A DNA stretch of 44,829 nucleotides from Escherichia phage VB_EcoS-Golestan. The notes beneath the pieces were generated by a model. The model was given only the letters and a program-made list of their open reading frames with translations, did not search any database and was not told the origin of the DNA. The translations under genes were made by a program, and so were the position numbers. The DNA lies in sequence record NC_042084.1. The stretch is one strand, 5' to 3'. This document shows positions 8,005 to 17,370 of this stretch, in pieces. The first letter of the stretch is position 1; the number at the start of each line of letters is the position of its first letter.

Positions 8005-8184
8005 ATGGCAGATAATTATGTAATCCGCGAAAAGTACACCCACGTTGATGTTGTTGACGGTCAGGTGATGCCTGTTCGCGGTGCGGTAGAAGCGGAAGAA
8101 CTGGTTGCAACACAACCGGACAACGAAGAAGCGCACAACAACGGTGGTGGTACTAAGCGACGTCGCCGTAAGTCAGAGGAATAA
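8005..8184 (+). CDS. Small hypothetical protein (59 aa) with basic C-terminus
   Basis: Hand-translated MADNYVIREKYTHVDVV...; RBS AAGGAAAGG; below the ORF-track length cutoff. Confidence 0.3.
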   Translation: MADNYVIREKYTHVDVVDGQVMPVRGAVEAEELVATQPDNEEAHNNGGGTKRRRRKSEE

Positions 8185-8187
8185 TTT

Positions 8188-8700
8188 ATGCCGCTAATCG
8201 TGGAAGATGGGTCGATAGTACCTAACGCTGACAGTTACGTTAGTCTGGCTGACGCCCGCGCGTTAGCGGCTAATTATGGCCTGGAGCTACCGGAAGACGA
8301 TACTGCCACCGAAGTAGCCTTGCGCAACGGCGCTACTTATGTCGGGCTTGCAGAACCGCAGATGTGCGGCCGCCGTGTGTCCGCCGAGCAGTCCCTGGCG
8401 TACCCACGTACGGGAACAACACTAAACGGCTTCACCGTAGCTGATAATGTTATCCCACCGCAGTTAATCCGGGCGCAGGTAATCGCCGCTGTTACGTATG
8501 GAGCGGGCACTGATGTTCGGGCTAACTCCGATGGACGTTCCGTGCAGACCGAGCGTGTAGAGGGTGCGGTAACAGTTACCTACTTCAACAACGGCAACAG
8601 CGGGGCCACAACCGCGATCACCGCCGCTGACGACGCCTTACGCCCGTTACTGTGTGGTGGTCTTAACAACGGCTTCTCATTTAATGTGTACCGGGGTTAA
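8188..8700 (+). CDS. Head-tail connector / head completion protein (position-based)
   Basis: 170 aa; tight gene packing within the capsid-to-tail connector block. Confidence 0.45.
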   Translation: MPLIVEDGSIVPNADSYVSLADARALAANYGLELPEDDTATEVALRNGATYVGLAEPQMCGRRVSAEQSLAYPRTGTTLNGFTVADNVIPPQLIRAQVIAAVTYGAGTDVRANSDGRSVQTERVEGAVTVTYFNNGNSGATTAITAADDALRPLLCGGLNNGFSFNVYRG

Positions 8701-8702
8701 AA

Positions 8703-9317
8703 ATGGCGAAGACTAAATCAGAGATGTTTACTCTTATCGGCGCAAACCTCCCCGATAACACTACCGGGCTTATTACCCCAGCAGCGTTGCGCGAGGTAAT
8801 GACACAGATGGCTGACTCACCTATTTACGCCACTCCAGGTGTTAAAGAGGTTGAAGTTCTCCGTGCCACGTCTACGGTAACCCAAGCGCCTACCGCGGTA
8901 GATACGGCATTGCAGTTAACTTTCGGTGCAGCTCAGGGTAGTGCATCCGACCCGGTAATGATTAATGCTGCGGGGCTGGTTACATTCAACACCGCCGGTA
9001 ACCACGCCGTTCGCATCAAGTTACAGGCAGGCCGCACAGGTGCCAGCGGAACGTCTATCCTGTTATCACGCATTCTTCTGAACGGTGCTCAGTACGGCTC
9101 ACCTGCCGCCACGAAACTGGTAAGCGCGGACACCACAATCCCGATTGAATCTCGCGTTGTTATTAACCCAACAGCAGGCCAGACGTTTGCCGTTCAGATT
9201 ATGCGGGATAGCGTCGGAACTAACTTCGGTGGTGTATACCCGCAAGCGGCTACCGTAACCGCATGGGGTACAGCCCCGTCCGCGTTGCTGGTTATTTCGA
9301 GACTGGAGGCCGCCTGA
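8703..9317 (+). CDS. Structural protein of the connector region (position-based)
   Basis: 204 aa; 2-nt spacing after upstream gene. Confidence 0.4.
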   Translation: MAKTKSEMFTLIGANLPDNTTGLITPAALREVMTQMADSPIYATPGVKEVEVLRATSTVTQAPTAVDTALQLTFGAAQGSASDPVMINAAGLVTFNTAGNHAVRIKLQAGRTGASGTSILLSRILLNGAQYGSPAATKLVSADTTIPIESRVVINPTAGQTFAVQIMRDSVGTNFGGVYPQAATVTAWGTAPSALLVISRLEAA

Positions 9318-9676
9318 TGAGCACCGCTTTCAGTAAACGTATGCAAGGCGTGGGTACACGCCTGCTAACCAAATTCGGCAGCACGGTATCTCTGGTTCGT
9401 GCTGGCTCGAAAGTGTGGGATGAAGTTCTCGGTGAGTACGTCTGGTCTGCGGATGAAGTGTTGCCGTTGAAAGCGGTTCCGGTTCCGGTTAATGCTGGAC
9501 TGGTAAACGGTTCGACGATTCAGGCGGCCGACATGATTGTTAAAGCCGATTACAGCGTCGTTCCGAAGATGGAAGACAAGGTTCAGTTTAGCGGCGCGCA
9601 ATGGTCTATCGTAGCTATCGAGACGAAGATGGTTAACGATGATGTCGTGGCATATTTTATTCAGGTGAGAAAATGA
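9317..9676 (+). CDS. Head-tail joining protein (position-based); start set at ATG 9317
   Basis: TGATGA stop-start overlap with upstream gene; RBS GGAGGC. Confidence 0.45.
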   Translation: MSTAFSKRMQGVGTRLLTKFGSTVSLVRAGSKVWDEVLGEYVWSADEVLPLKAVPVPVNAGLVNGSTIQAADMIVKADYSVVPKMEDKVQFSGAQWSIVAIETKMVNDDVVAYFIQVRK

Positions 9677-10068
9677 GTTTCGCGCTTGATGTCTCTAAGT
9701 TCGTGGAAAAGGCGAAGAAGAACCCTGAGAAGGTGATGCGTCAGGTGTCTATCAAGCTGTTTTCCGCTATTATAAAGGCGAGTCCGGTAGATACTGGTCG
9801 GTTTCGCATGAACTGGATGGCATCTGGCGGTACTCCTGCTTCCGGGATTACGGATGCTACGGATAAATCAGGAAACACAGCAACCGGAAACGCTACAAGT
9901 TTCGTGCTGAAAGCCACCGACTGGCATGAGTTCACGCTGACAAATAACCTGCCGTATGCACAACGGCTGGAGTATGGCTGGTCGCAACAGGCCCCGCAAG
10001 GATTCGTCAGGACTAACGTGTCCCGCTTCCAGCAACTCATTAACGAAGAAGCTAGCAAGGTGAGATGA
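9673..10068 (+). CDS. Tail completion / neck protein (position-based)
   Basis: 131 aa; ATGA overlap; within connector block. Confidence 0.45.
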   Translation: MSFALDVSKFVEKAKKNPEKVMRQVSIKLFSAIIKASPVDTGRFRMNWMASGGTPASGITDATDKSGNTATGNATSFVLKATDWHEFTLTNNLPYAQRLEYGWSQQAPQGFVRTNVSRFQQLINEEASKVR

Positions 10069-10481
10069 TGGGCTACTTTGAGGACTTAACAAAAGCGTTT
10101 GATGTGCCGCTGGTAGCCTTCGGAACCACCAACGGCATCAAGGTAGCGCTTGAAAACATCGACGCGCCGACGTCAACAGATACGCCGTATCTGGCAAGTT
10201 ACATGTTGCTGGCGGATACCGAGCAGGCTGACTTATTCTTCACGGAACAACGCGCCGGTGTCTATCAGATAGACATTAACTACACATCGGTGAAAGGTAG
10301 CGCGCCAATCAATAAAATGGCAGACTTACTTAACACGGCGTTTAAATCAGGTAAGTCATTTTCACGTAACGACATCTGCGCCGAGGTTCAATCGGTTAGC
10401 CTGGGGCCGCTGATTGTAGAAAACGGATGGGCCAAAAGACCATTGTCAATTAACTTTATTGCATTCACCAAGAGGCTGTGA
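10065..10481 (+). CDS. Tail terminator-like protein (position-based)
   Basis: 138 aa; immediately upstream of the major tail protein. Confidence 0.4.
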   Translation: MMGYFEDLTKAFDVPLVAFGTTNGIKVALENIDAPTSTDTPYLASYMLLADTEQADLFFTEQRAGVYQIDINYTSVKGSAPINKMADLLNTAFKSGKSFSRNDICAEVQSVSLGPLIVENGWAKRPLSINFIAFTKRL

Positions 10482-11650
10482 ATATGGCTACAACTCCTTT
10501 TAAGGGCGCGAATACCGCGCAATTCTATGTGGCGGAAACTACCCCGGGCGTAACACCGGCTAACCCGGTATGGTCGCCACTGCGTAACACAGGCGGCGTT
10601 CCTGCCATTACCCGTGACACGCTGACCTCCAACGAACTGGACGGCAGCCGCGAAACTACATCCATCCGCACCGGTAACAAGCAGGTTAGCGGTGAATATG
10701 CTATTGAGCTTAGCTCGAAAAGCCAGGATGACTGGCTAGCCGGGGCTTTAGGCTCTACGTGGCAGGCTGGCGTATCTCTGTCAGGGCTATCGATTACCGT
10801 CGCACCGGCTGGCAAGACGTTCACACGTGCCACCGGCAGCTTTATCACTGACAGAGTTGGGGTAGGCGACCTGATTGCGTTTACCGATTTAACTGGCGAT
10901 AATGCAAAACCATTTATTGTTACTGCAGTAACGGCTACGGTTGTTACTGGTGCAGGCATCCAACACACCCTGACCACCGAGACAAAAACTAGTAAGGCTA
11001 AAACTGGCGACACGCTGGAAACCGGTAATACGTGTAAGACGTTCTCTATCCTTACCTGGTACAAAGGCCAGTGCGGCGGTACTGACGCGTACACGTTAAC
11101 CAAAGGCGTGGAAGTTTCTGGTTTTACCATCGAACAGGCTGTTAACGCGATGGTAACTGGCAGCTTCCCATTCATCGGTCGCAGTCAGGAGATTCTCACC
11201 ACGCCGCCGACCGGTTCCAACTTCTCATCTGTTACTTTTGGTGATGAGCCGTTTTCTTCGGTTGACGTTTCCGTGTTCGATGGTTCTACGCCGTTGCGAT
11301 GCGACAGTCTGACTATCACCAACGATAACAGCGCGTCCGCGCAGTTCGAACTTGGTAACACTAACGTAGCGTTTGTTGAGCGTAGCCGCGCGGCTAACAC
11401 TTTCTCCATCTCCGGCAAGCTGTACGACATGGCGATGATTCAGAAGTTTATCAACGAACAGCAGGTAGAGATTAACTCTATTCTGGCGGGGGTAAACGGG
11501 GCTATGTCTTTCAGTTTGAAACGCGCAGAGCTTACAGCAGTAACACCAGAGATTGGCGGACCCGAGTCAATCACTCAGTCCATTGAGGGGCAGGCCACCG
11601 GCAACCAGTACCAGTCGTCTATCGTAATTCAACGTATCACCTACGCATAA
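10478..11650 (+). CDS. Major tail protein
   Basis: 390 aa; Thr/Gly/Ser-rich beta-type composition; RBS AAGAGG; followed by terminator and later by tail chaperone/tape measure. Confidence 0.6.
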   Translation: MNMATTPFKGANTAQFYVAETTPGVTPANPVWSPLRNTGGVPAITRDTLTSNELDGSRETTSIRTGNKQVSGEYAIELSSKSQDDWLAGALGSTWQAGVSLSGLSITVAPAGKTFTRATGSFITDRVGVGDLIAFTDLTGDNAKPFIVTAVTATVVTGAGIQHTLTTETKTSKAKTGDTLETGNTCKTFSILTWYKGQCGGTDAYTLTKGVEVSGFTIEQAVNAMVTGSFPFIGRSQEILTTPPTGSNFSSVTFGDEPFSSVDVSVFDGSTPLRCDSLTITNDNSASAQFELGNTNVAFVERSRAANTFSISGKLYDMAMIQKFINEQQVEINSILAGVNGAMSFSLKRAELTAVTPEIGGPESITQSIEGQATGNQYQSSIVIQRITYA

Positions 11651-11682
11651 AACTAAGGCCCCTTTCGGGGCCTTTTTCTTAC
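11651..11682. terminator. Bidirectional rho-independent terminator
   Basis: AAGGCCCC-TTTC-GGGGCCTT flanked by an A-run and a T-run; separates convergent major tail gene and kinase gene. Confidence 0.6.
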
Positions 11683-12233
11683 AAACCTAATTTTAAAGCA
11701 ATGTCTATAACGTTCGATTTAACGTCACCCGGTATGATGTAGGTGTCGTAATCTTTTACACCACTAACATCATACAGATAGCCACGGCTATCGCCGATGA
11801 ACGTATAGCCGTCACGATGGAGGCGAACGATTTGCACGTCATGCCCTGCGGCGACGATAGGGGTAACTTCGCTGGCGAACCCACCATCGGACACCACAAA
11901 AACTTCGCCGCCGTCGGGCAAGTTCCCGGAAAGATACTTACCGAAATAATCATCGCCGAATACCGGTTTAACGAATTGCTCAGAAATGGCAATCATGAAC
12001 TGGCGACGAGATAACCCATTAAGGAAATCTTCTGGCTTTTCTTTCCGCGCCCGGTCGTCGTAGCCGTCGAGAAAGTCGTGGTAAGCATCCTGGCCTAACG
12101 CTGCCAAAGCAATATTGAACATCGGATTCTTGAAACGGGTAGTTCCTTTCGCAAAGCCCATCTCTACCAGCGCCCTAGCAAGTGTGTCTTTCCCACAACC
12201 AGCAGGGCCATTAAGAATAATTACCTTAGCCAT
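11679..12233 (-). CDS. P-loop NTPase / nucleotide or polynucleotide kinase-like protein
   Basis: 184 aa; Walker A GPAGCGKDT near N-terminus; coupled (ATGA overlap) to the upstream HAD phosphatase. Confidence 0.6.
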   Translation of the reverse strand: MAKVIILNGPAGCGKDTLARALVEMGFAKGTTRFKNPMFNIALAALGQDAYHDFLDGYDDRARKEKPEDFLNGLSRRQFMIAISEQFVKPVFGDDYFGKYLSGNLPDGGEVFVVSDGGFASEVTPIVAAGHDVQIVRLHRDGYTFIGDSRGYLYDVSGVKDYDTYIIPGDVKSNVIDIALKLGL

Positions 12234-12721
12234 TACTTATCACTCCCGTGTGATTTTAAGTGTGTAGAGTCCCCGTTACAGTCGTACTCAGTGACCGCGT
12301 GTGTCGTGATTCCTAAGCCACGGAAATGCTTAATCACCGCGGGAGAGTCGTCGAATGCGCACAAGATTCTTTCCAGTCCGAAAGCACGCAACACCTCTTC
12401 TTTAATTACGATGTCTTTTCTGTTGTCGTGTTTGCTGCGCATGATTAGCGTGTCAAACCTAACGTTATTCTCTCGTAACCATTCGCGAGTCTCCTCCTCA
12501 GCGTCATCACTTCGCCCGGTAAGGATAATTATAGTAAGTCCGGAATGCCACAGTACGCTACACAAATGGATATTGTCGTATATCGGAGCGTCATCTTTGC
12601 AGGCCATGTTAAATGGCTTCCACGCCCACGTTTCTCCGTAGTTATCTTTTGGTAACAGGTGTAAGCGATGGGTACCGTCGGCCAATGTCCCGTCTAAATC
12701 GAAAATTACAATATCTTTCAT
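12233..12721 (-). CDS. HAD-superfamily phosphatase (polynucleotide 3'-phosphatase / nucleotidase-like)
   Basis: 162 aa; HAD motifs FDLDGT (DxDGT), ILTGR, and DD (CAFDDS). Confidence 0.7.
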   Translation of the reverse strand: MKDIVIFDLDGTLADGTHRLHLLPKDNYGETWAWKPFNMACKDDAPIYDNIHLCSVLWHSGLTIIILTGRSDDAEEETREWLRENNVRFDTLIMRSKHDNRKDIVIKEEVLRAFGLERILCAFDDSPAVIKHFRGLGITTHAVTEYDCNGDSTHLKSHGSDK

Positions 12722-13848
12722 CCCAGCATCTCCGGTGAAATAGTTAAACGTGCGACCTCGCCATATTCGGCGCTATAAGTAATTACATTTGCACTGCGGC
12801 CCGACATCCATCCGCCGCGAGAGGCGTAGGCGTCTTTAGCCGCTAAGGTGCGGTGTTGCTCAACAATCATGTTACGGCTTTCTACAATCTTCTGGTGGTG
12901 CAGATGGCCTACGTGGGCGTAGCTGTAAACACTCTCGCCGAACGCTTTACGGAACTTGGCAATCATAACCGGTTCGATAGCGTCGAATCGTGCTTTATGC
13001 CCGTGATGGAAGAACAGCGTCGTTTTGCCGTGTTGCACCATCTTATAAACATCCGGCGACGTATCGACGAATACACGAGGCTCGTTGTCGTACAGTGTGC
13101 TGAACATCTCCGCCAGCCAAATCATCCCGGATTCGTCGTGGTTCCCCTGAACTATAAGCAAGCGAACAGTTTTATGCTTAACCAGAGCCATATCAACAAC
13201 ACGGCGGACCATGCGAATCATGTAGCGGACAAGTTTCTGGTAACGCGTGTCGGCGTCAAGGACATGACCACTCGCCGGTGTAACGGCGTCAAGACTATCG
13301 AAGTGAGCTAAGTCGCCAAGAAGATTAATAACCCCCGTACCTGCATCCGGTGCTTTCTGAAACGCAGCATCAAACCAACGAGAGAATAAGTCCTCCGCGA
13401 TTTTCATATCCCAGTCGTCGCCGCTCTCGTCAGCCCAGGCTAACATACCGAGATGGAAATCAGACACGGTGTACAGGTTAAGCAGCTTGTCGTCACGTTT
13501 AGCCCGGGCGGCCTTAACTGGCGGAACGGGAGTAATCTCCGACTTCATGCCTTCGACTACGGCTTTCATCAACTCAACCTGACGTTCGGCATCGGTGTCT
13601 GTCTTAACCCACTGCAACTTAGTGTTACCGAACTCGTCCACCAGAGACGACGTGCCTTTAATCTTGTAGCCGTCTGGTACAAGGTGGCTTACGTCCCGCC
13701 CGTGGCCTACGCCTTTCTTAGCCAGCTTCGCTTTACGGATTCGGATAACGCGGTCTGAGATTCCGTATTTACGGGCGATATCGATATTCTTCATCCCGGC
13801 GTTCAATTCTTCCTGTAATTGCTCGTCGGTTATTTTCTTCTGGGCCAT
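12718..13848 (-). CDS. HTH-containing calcineurin-like metallophosphoesterase (Mre11/SbcD-fold nuclease or phosphodiesterase candidate); start set at ATG 13848
   Basis: Metallophosphoesterase motifs DFH, GDLAHFD, GNHDE, HHGH, GHLHH; N-terminal HTH-like segment; RBS GAGGAAG before ATG 13848 (ORF-track start 13953 would overlap the next gene). Confidence 0.75.
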   Translation of the reverse strand: MAQKKITDEQLQEELNAGMKNIDIARKYGISDRVIRIRKAKLAKKGVGHGRDVSHLVPDGYKIKGTSSLVDEFGNTKLQWVKTDTDAERQVELMKAVVEGMKSEITPVPPVKAARAKRDDKLLNLYTVSDFHLGMLAWADESGDDWDMKIAEDLFSRWFDAAFQKAPDAGTGVINLLGDLAHFDSLDAVTPASGHVLDADTRYQKLVRYMIRMVRRVVDMALVKHKTVRLLIVQGNHDESGMIWLAEMFSTLYDNEPRVFVDTSPDVYKMVQHGKTTLFFHHGHKARFDAIEPVMIAKFRKAFGESVYSYAHVGHLHHQKIVESRNMIVEQHRTLAAKDAYASRGGWMSGRSANVITYSAEYGEVARLTISPEMLG

Positions 13849-13886
13849 GCTTACTTCCTCGTGTTTAGGATTTGTCTTATAGTAGC

Positions 13887-14078
13887 CTACTTCTCTTTCA
13901 CGTTCGAGTTGCAAGCCCAGATTAAAATGAATACCCACGGCAACAGAATCCACCCGAGAAATAAGTTAGCCATGAATATCGCCAGCTTTGCTTTATGGTT
14001 ACGCATATGGGCCACCAAAAACGGGATAAAATAAACGGCTACAAAAATAATTAAGAAGAACATAGTGATACCGGTCAT
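13887..14078 (-). CDS. Small two-TM membrane protein, superinfection-immunity (Imm)-like; start set at ATG 14078
   Basis: 63 aa; RBS AGGAG; motif NLFLGWILLPWVFILIWA recalled as characteristic of the Imm family. Confidence 0.5.
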   Translation of the reverse strand: MTGITMFFLIIFVAVYFIPFLVAHMRNHKAKLAIFMANLFLGWILLPWVFILIWACNSNVKEK

Positions 14079-14120
14079 AACATAACTCCTGATTTGAGAT
14101 AACATCGTCGGTGTAAGTGA

Positions 14121-14149
14121 ATAGTACGCTATTATATTGGGGTGTGCAA
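14121..14149 (-). promoter_or_regulatory. Family-1 promoter copy B (TTGCAC-N17-TACTAT) with inverted repeat AATAG-N4-CTATT (14120-14133)
   Basis: Near-identical to copies A, F and H; upstream of the accessory cassette. Confidence 0.5.
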
Positions 14150-14256
14150 GTAGTGTGCTAGAATAATTTTGCGCCTAGTGTCGCACACGAAAAGCGGGTG
14201 GTTCCCGTCTGGCGCATTTCCTTTAACCAGTAACCTCTTAACCAAAGGATTAAAGA

Positions 14257-14673
14257 ATGAAACTTTCTGATTTTTATTACGAAGCGGAAGCCGAAAAGGG
14301 CGCACGTATGCCGATACCGCTAAAAGACGGTACTGATTCCGGGGAATGGCTTAATGTTGTTTCTCCTGAGGCGGACGTTGCCGTTAAGGCTATGCGCGCG
14401 TTCACCCTTGCATACCGGGCAGTATTAGGGAAATTAAAACCGCTTCGTGATAAGTGCGAAGAGATGAAAGATTTCTCTGAATACAACCTGAAGATGGAAG
14501 ACGCGGCGACGGACCTTAACCGTCAGTTAGCGATTGAATTGGTTAACGGGTGGAGCCTTGACGACGAATTCAATAAAGAGAATCTGAACACACTCCTGAC
14601 GCAATATAAACGACTCGCGGAACTTGTTGTTGTGTTTCATAACGAACAACTGCACCAGCTACAGGAAAAGTAG
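14257..14673 (+). CDS. Tail assembly chaperone (gpG-like)
   Basis: 138 aa acidic protein immediately upstream of tape measure; downstream ORF in -1 frame. Confidence 0.5.
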   Translation: MKLSDFYYEAEAEKGARMPIPLKDGTDSGEWLNVVSPEADVAVKAMRAFTLAYRAVLGKLKPLRDKCEEMKDFSEYNLKMEDAATDLNRQLAIELVNGWSLDDEFNKENLNTLLTQYKRLAELVVVFHNEQLHQLQEK

Positions 14674-14678
14674 ACGCG

Positions 14679-15038
14679 TTGCTCCAGTTCGCCCGTTGGA
14701 ACTTCATAACCCGCCACAAACGGCGGGAATTTGACAGTATCGCCGATGGGCATAAAGCCGCGCTAATTGCTATGGGGGTTATGCAAGACGCGCCGGATGC
14801 AACGCAGGCCGCTGGGCCGGAATGCCCCCCTGAGCTACTAACCACATTTGAGAAGTACAGGGAAATTAAATTCACCCGCCGAGTGGACGACGACGGCATC
14901 AAGATGTACCCGCGCGAGCAATTACGATGGTCAGATTTAGTGGCGTACAGCACCGTTTCAGGCCAGAATATAGGGATGTTCGAATCCGACATCATCATGA
15001 GCTTAGACGCTATTTTCGAGGGTAGAAACGATGGCTGA
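14679..15038 (+). CDS. Tail assembly chaperone frameshift extension (gpT-like), likely expressed as a G-T fusion by -1 frameshift
   Basis: ORF is in the -1 frame relative to 14257-14673 and stays open across the upstream stop; A-rich tract GGAAAAG at 14664-14670 before the stop. Confidence 0.45.
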   Translation: MLQFARWNFITRHKRREFDSIADGHKAALIAMGVMQDAPDATQAAGPECPPELLTTFEKYREIKFTRRVDDDGIKMYPREQLRWSDLVAYSTVSGQNIGMFESDIIMSLDAIFEGRNDG

Positions 15039-17370
15039 TGTAGCTAGTTTAGTAGTAAAAGTAACAGAGCAAGGCGCGAAAGCCACATCAGACCGTCTTG
15101 ACAACCTTTCAAAGTCCGCAAAAGTAGCGGGGGCCGCCGTAGCAGGCCTTGCTTCTATCGTAGCGGCTACCGCGTATAAAGCTGCCCAAGAACTGGTTGA
15201 CTCACAGCGGCAACTGGACAAGATGTCCGCCAGTTTGAAGACCTTAACAGGAAGTACCCAAGGTGCTAAACAGGCGCTAAGTATCCTGCAAGATTTTGCC
15301 CGCGATACCCCATACGGACTGGAGCAGGCGGTGGAAGGCTTCCGTAAGCTGGTGGCCCTTGGCCTTACCCCATCCGAGGAGGCGTTGCGGTCCTACGGCA
15401 ATACCGCATCGGCTATGGGCAAGGACCTTAATCAGATGATTGAGGCGGTAGCCGACGCCAGTACGTTTGAGTTCGAACGCCTAAAAGAATTCGGCATCAA
15501 AGCCAAGCAGAACAAAAACGACGTAGAGTTTACATTCCGGGGGACAACAACCGTAGTTAAGAAAAGCGCTGCCGATATTGAGCAGTATTTACTTAATATT
15601 GGTAACGTAAATTTTGCCGGTGCCATGGCGGACCAGGCCAACACCCTTAATGGCGCTATCGCGAGCGCCAGTGACTCATGGTCGCAGCTAAAAATGACGC
15701 TTGCCACCAGTCTTGATGTTGGCGCACTTGCGGAACCTATCAGGTATATCGATGACTTGATCCAGGAATTAAACGCGTCTGTTGCTTCCGGTGAATTAGC
15801 CGCTGAAATGCAGATGTGGGGCGACATAGCGTCGGAAGTAGGAAGCGCTATCGAGATGTCATTCGACGCTGCGTTTGGCTTTGTTGGTGATGCCATCAAC
15901 GGGCTTAATGAACTGTGGGATTTCAGCAGCAAGAGTATTACCGATAGCGGAGAACAAACGGCCACCACCATCGCTGAATCCGCCGCCGATGCTCTTGACT
16001 TCATCGCGGAAGAGTTCACCGCGATGGAGAGATTCTTTGAAGATATGGTTAAAGGTGCTCAGGACGCTGGCCGTCTTGTACGCGCCGCTTTTACCCCCGG
16101 GGAATCAGTAGACGTAGCTAAAAATATCAACTTCCAGCTTGGCATGGCTTTGGATACCCAGCGCGATGTCGCCGACGTTACGCGTAAAAGTTTCCGCGAA
16201 CAGGTAGAAGCTCAACAGGATATTGTAGCGTTAAAACGCGCGGCGTATGACATCGATAAGGAGTCCGCAAAAGCTGAGGGGTTAAACAAATTTAAGGTAA
16301 CCGGAACCGGCGGCGGTTCTGACGATGACGGGTCAGCCGCAAAAGCCGCTAAGAAAGCAGCGGACGCGTTCGAGCGCCAGAAAAAGGCGGCGGAAGACTT
16401 CTACTATCAGTCAATCCATCTTAATGATGACGTATTTCAGAAAATAGAAGCTAACCAGGAAGAGCAACTGTCTAAGTTGCAGGATTTTTATAGCAATAAG
16501 CTTCTTAGCGACCAACAGTACGAAAACGCCAAGACGCAGATTATGCTCTCTGCCGAACAGGCCCGCCAGGAAGAACTGGACAAGAAAAGGAAAGAAGCCC
16601 AGGAGAAGCAGCAGAAAGGTGATGATTTCATGGCTCAGATTATGGGCCAGAACGCCACCGAGCTTGAGCTTCTGGATATTCAGGAACAGCAGAAACTGGC
16701 GGTAGCCGATAAGTACCGGGAACAAGGTCTGATTAGCGAGAAGCAGTATCAGGCTGCGCTTAACGCCATCAACGAGCAGTACGCAACCAAGCGTGCCGAC
16801 GCAACGGCAACAGCTTTCGGTAACATGGCCTCAAACATCGGGTCTGCGTTGGGCGAGGCTTCTGGCGCGTATAAGGCATTCGCTATCGTACAGGCTACTA
16901 TAGCCACGTACACCGCAGCTATTGAGGCATACAAGTCAACGGCTGCTATCCCTGTTGTTGGCCCGTTCCTGGCCCCTGTAGCCGCTGCCGCTGCCGTCGG
17001 GGCAGGTATGGCGCAGATTTCCGCTATCAGGTCAGCACGTGAACAGGGTGGACAGTTATCCGCCGGGCAGGCTTCCACCATCGCTGAACGCGGTAAACCC
17101 GAAGTTATCATGCCCGCTGGCGCATCGCGTGTGCGCACCGCGCAGCAGATGAAAGAAATTATGGGGCAAAACGGGTCTTCTTCCGGCCCATCTAATGTTA
17201 CCATTGTAAATAATACATCGAGTCAGATTGGCAACGTATCCACCGAGCAGGATGATGAAGGCCGTCTGCGTATCATCATAGAAGAGCAAGTTGCTGCATC
17301 TTTGCAGAACAGCAACAGTAAGATTAGCAAGGCCCGCAAGGCCACAAGAAACGCGCCGGGGTTTAAATAA
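15031..17370 (+). CDS. Tape measure protein
   Basis: 779 aa; Ala/Gln-rich coiled-coil composition; located after the chaperone pair and before tail tip genes. Confidence 0.8.
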   Translation: MADVASLVVKVTEQGAKATSDRLDNLSKSAKVAGAAVAGLASIVAATAYKAAQELVDSQRQLDKMSASLKTLTGSTQGAKQALSILQDFARDTPYGLEQAVEGFRKLVALGLTPSEEALRSYGNTASAMGKDLNQMIEAVADASTFEFERLKEFGIKAKQNKNDVEFTFRGTTTVVKKSAADIEQYLLNIGNVNFAGAMADQANTLNGAIASASDSWSQLKMTLATSLDVGALAEPIRYIDDLIQELNASVASGELAAEMQMWGDIASEVGSAIEMSFDAAFGFVGDAINGLNELWDFSSKSITDSGEQTATTIAESAADALDFIAEEFTAMERFFEDMVKGAQDAGRLVRAAFTPGESVDVAKNINFQLGMALDTQRDVADVTRKSFREQVEAQQDIVALKRAAYDIDKESAKAEGLNKFKVTGTGGGSDDDGSAAKAAKKAADAFERQKKAAEDFYYQSIHLNDDVFQKIEANQEEQLSKLQDFYSNKLLSDQQYENAKTQIMLSAEQARQEELDKKRKEAQEKQQKGDDFMAQIMGQNATELELLDIQEQQKLAVADKYREQGLISEKQYQAALNAINEQYATKRADATATAFGNMASNIGSALGEASGAYKAFAIVQATIATYTAAIEAYKSTAAIPVVGPFLAPVAAAAAVGAGMAQISAIRSAREQGGQLSAGQASTIAERGKPEVIMPAGASRVRTAQQMKEIMGQNGSSSGPSNVTIVNNTSSQIGNVSTEQDDEGRLRIIIEEQVAASLQNSNSKISKARKATRNAPGFK

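Noticed and set aside
10525-11175. 216-aa ORF antisense to the major tail protein gene
   Set aside because: Entirely within a well-supported + strand gene; no start-site signals
13849-13953. Longer N-terminal extension of the metallophosphoesterase (ORF-track start 13953)
   Set aside because: Would overlap the Imm-like gene by about 70 nt and lacks an RBS; ATG 13848 has a strong RBS
15432-16019. 195-aa ORF antisense to the tape measure gene
   Set aside because: Internal to the tape measure ORF on the opposite strand; Ala/Ser-rich spurious translation
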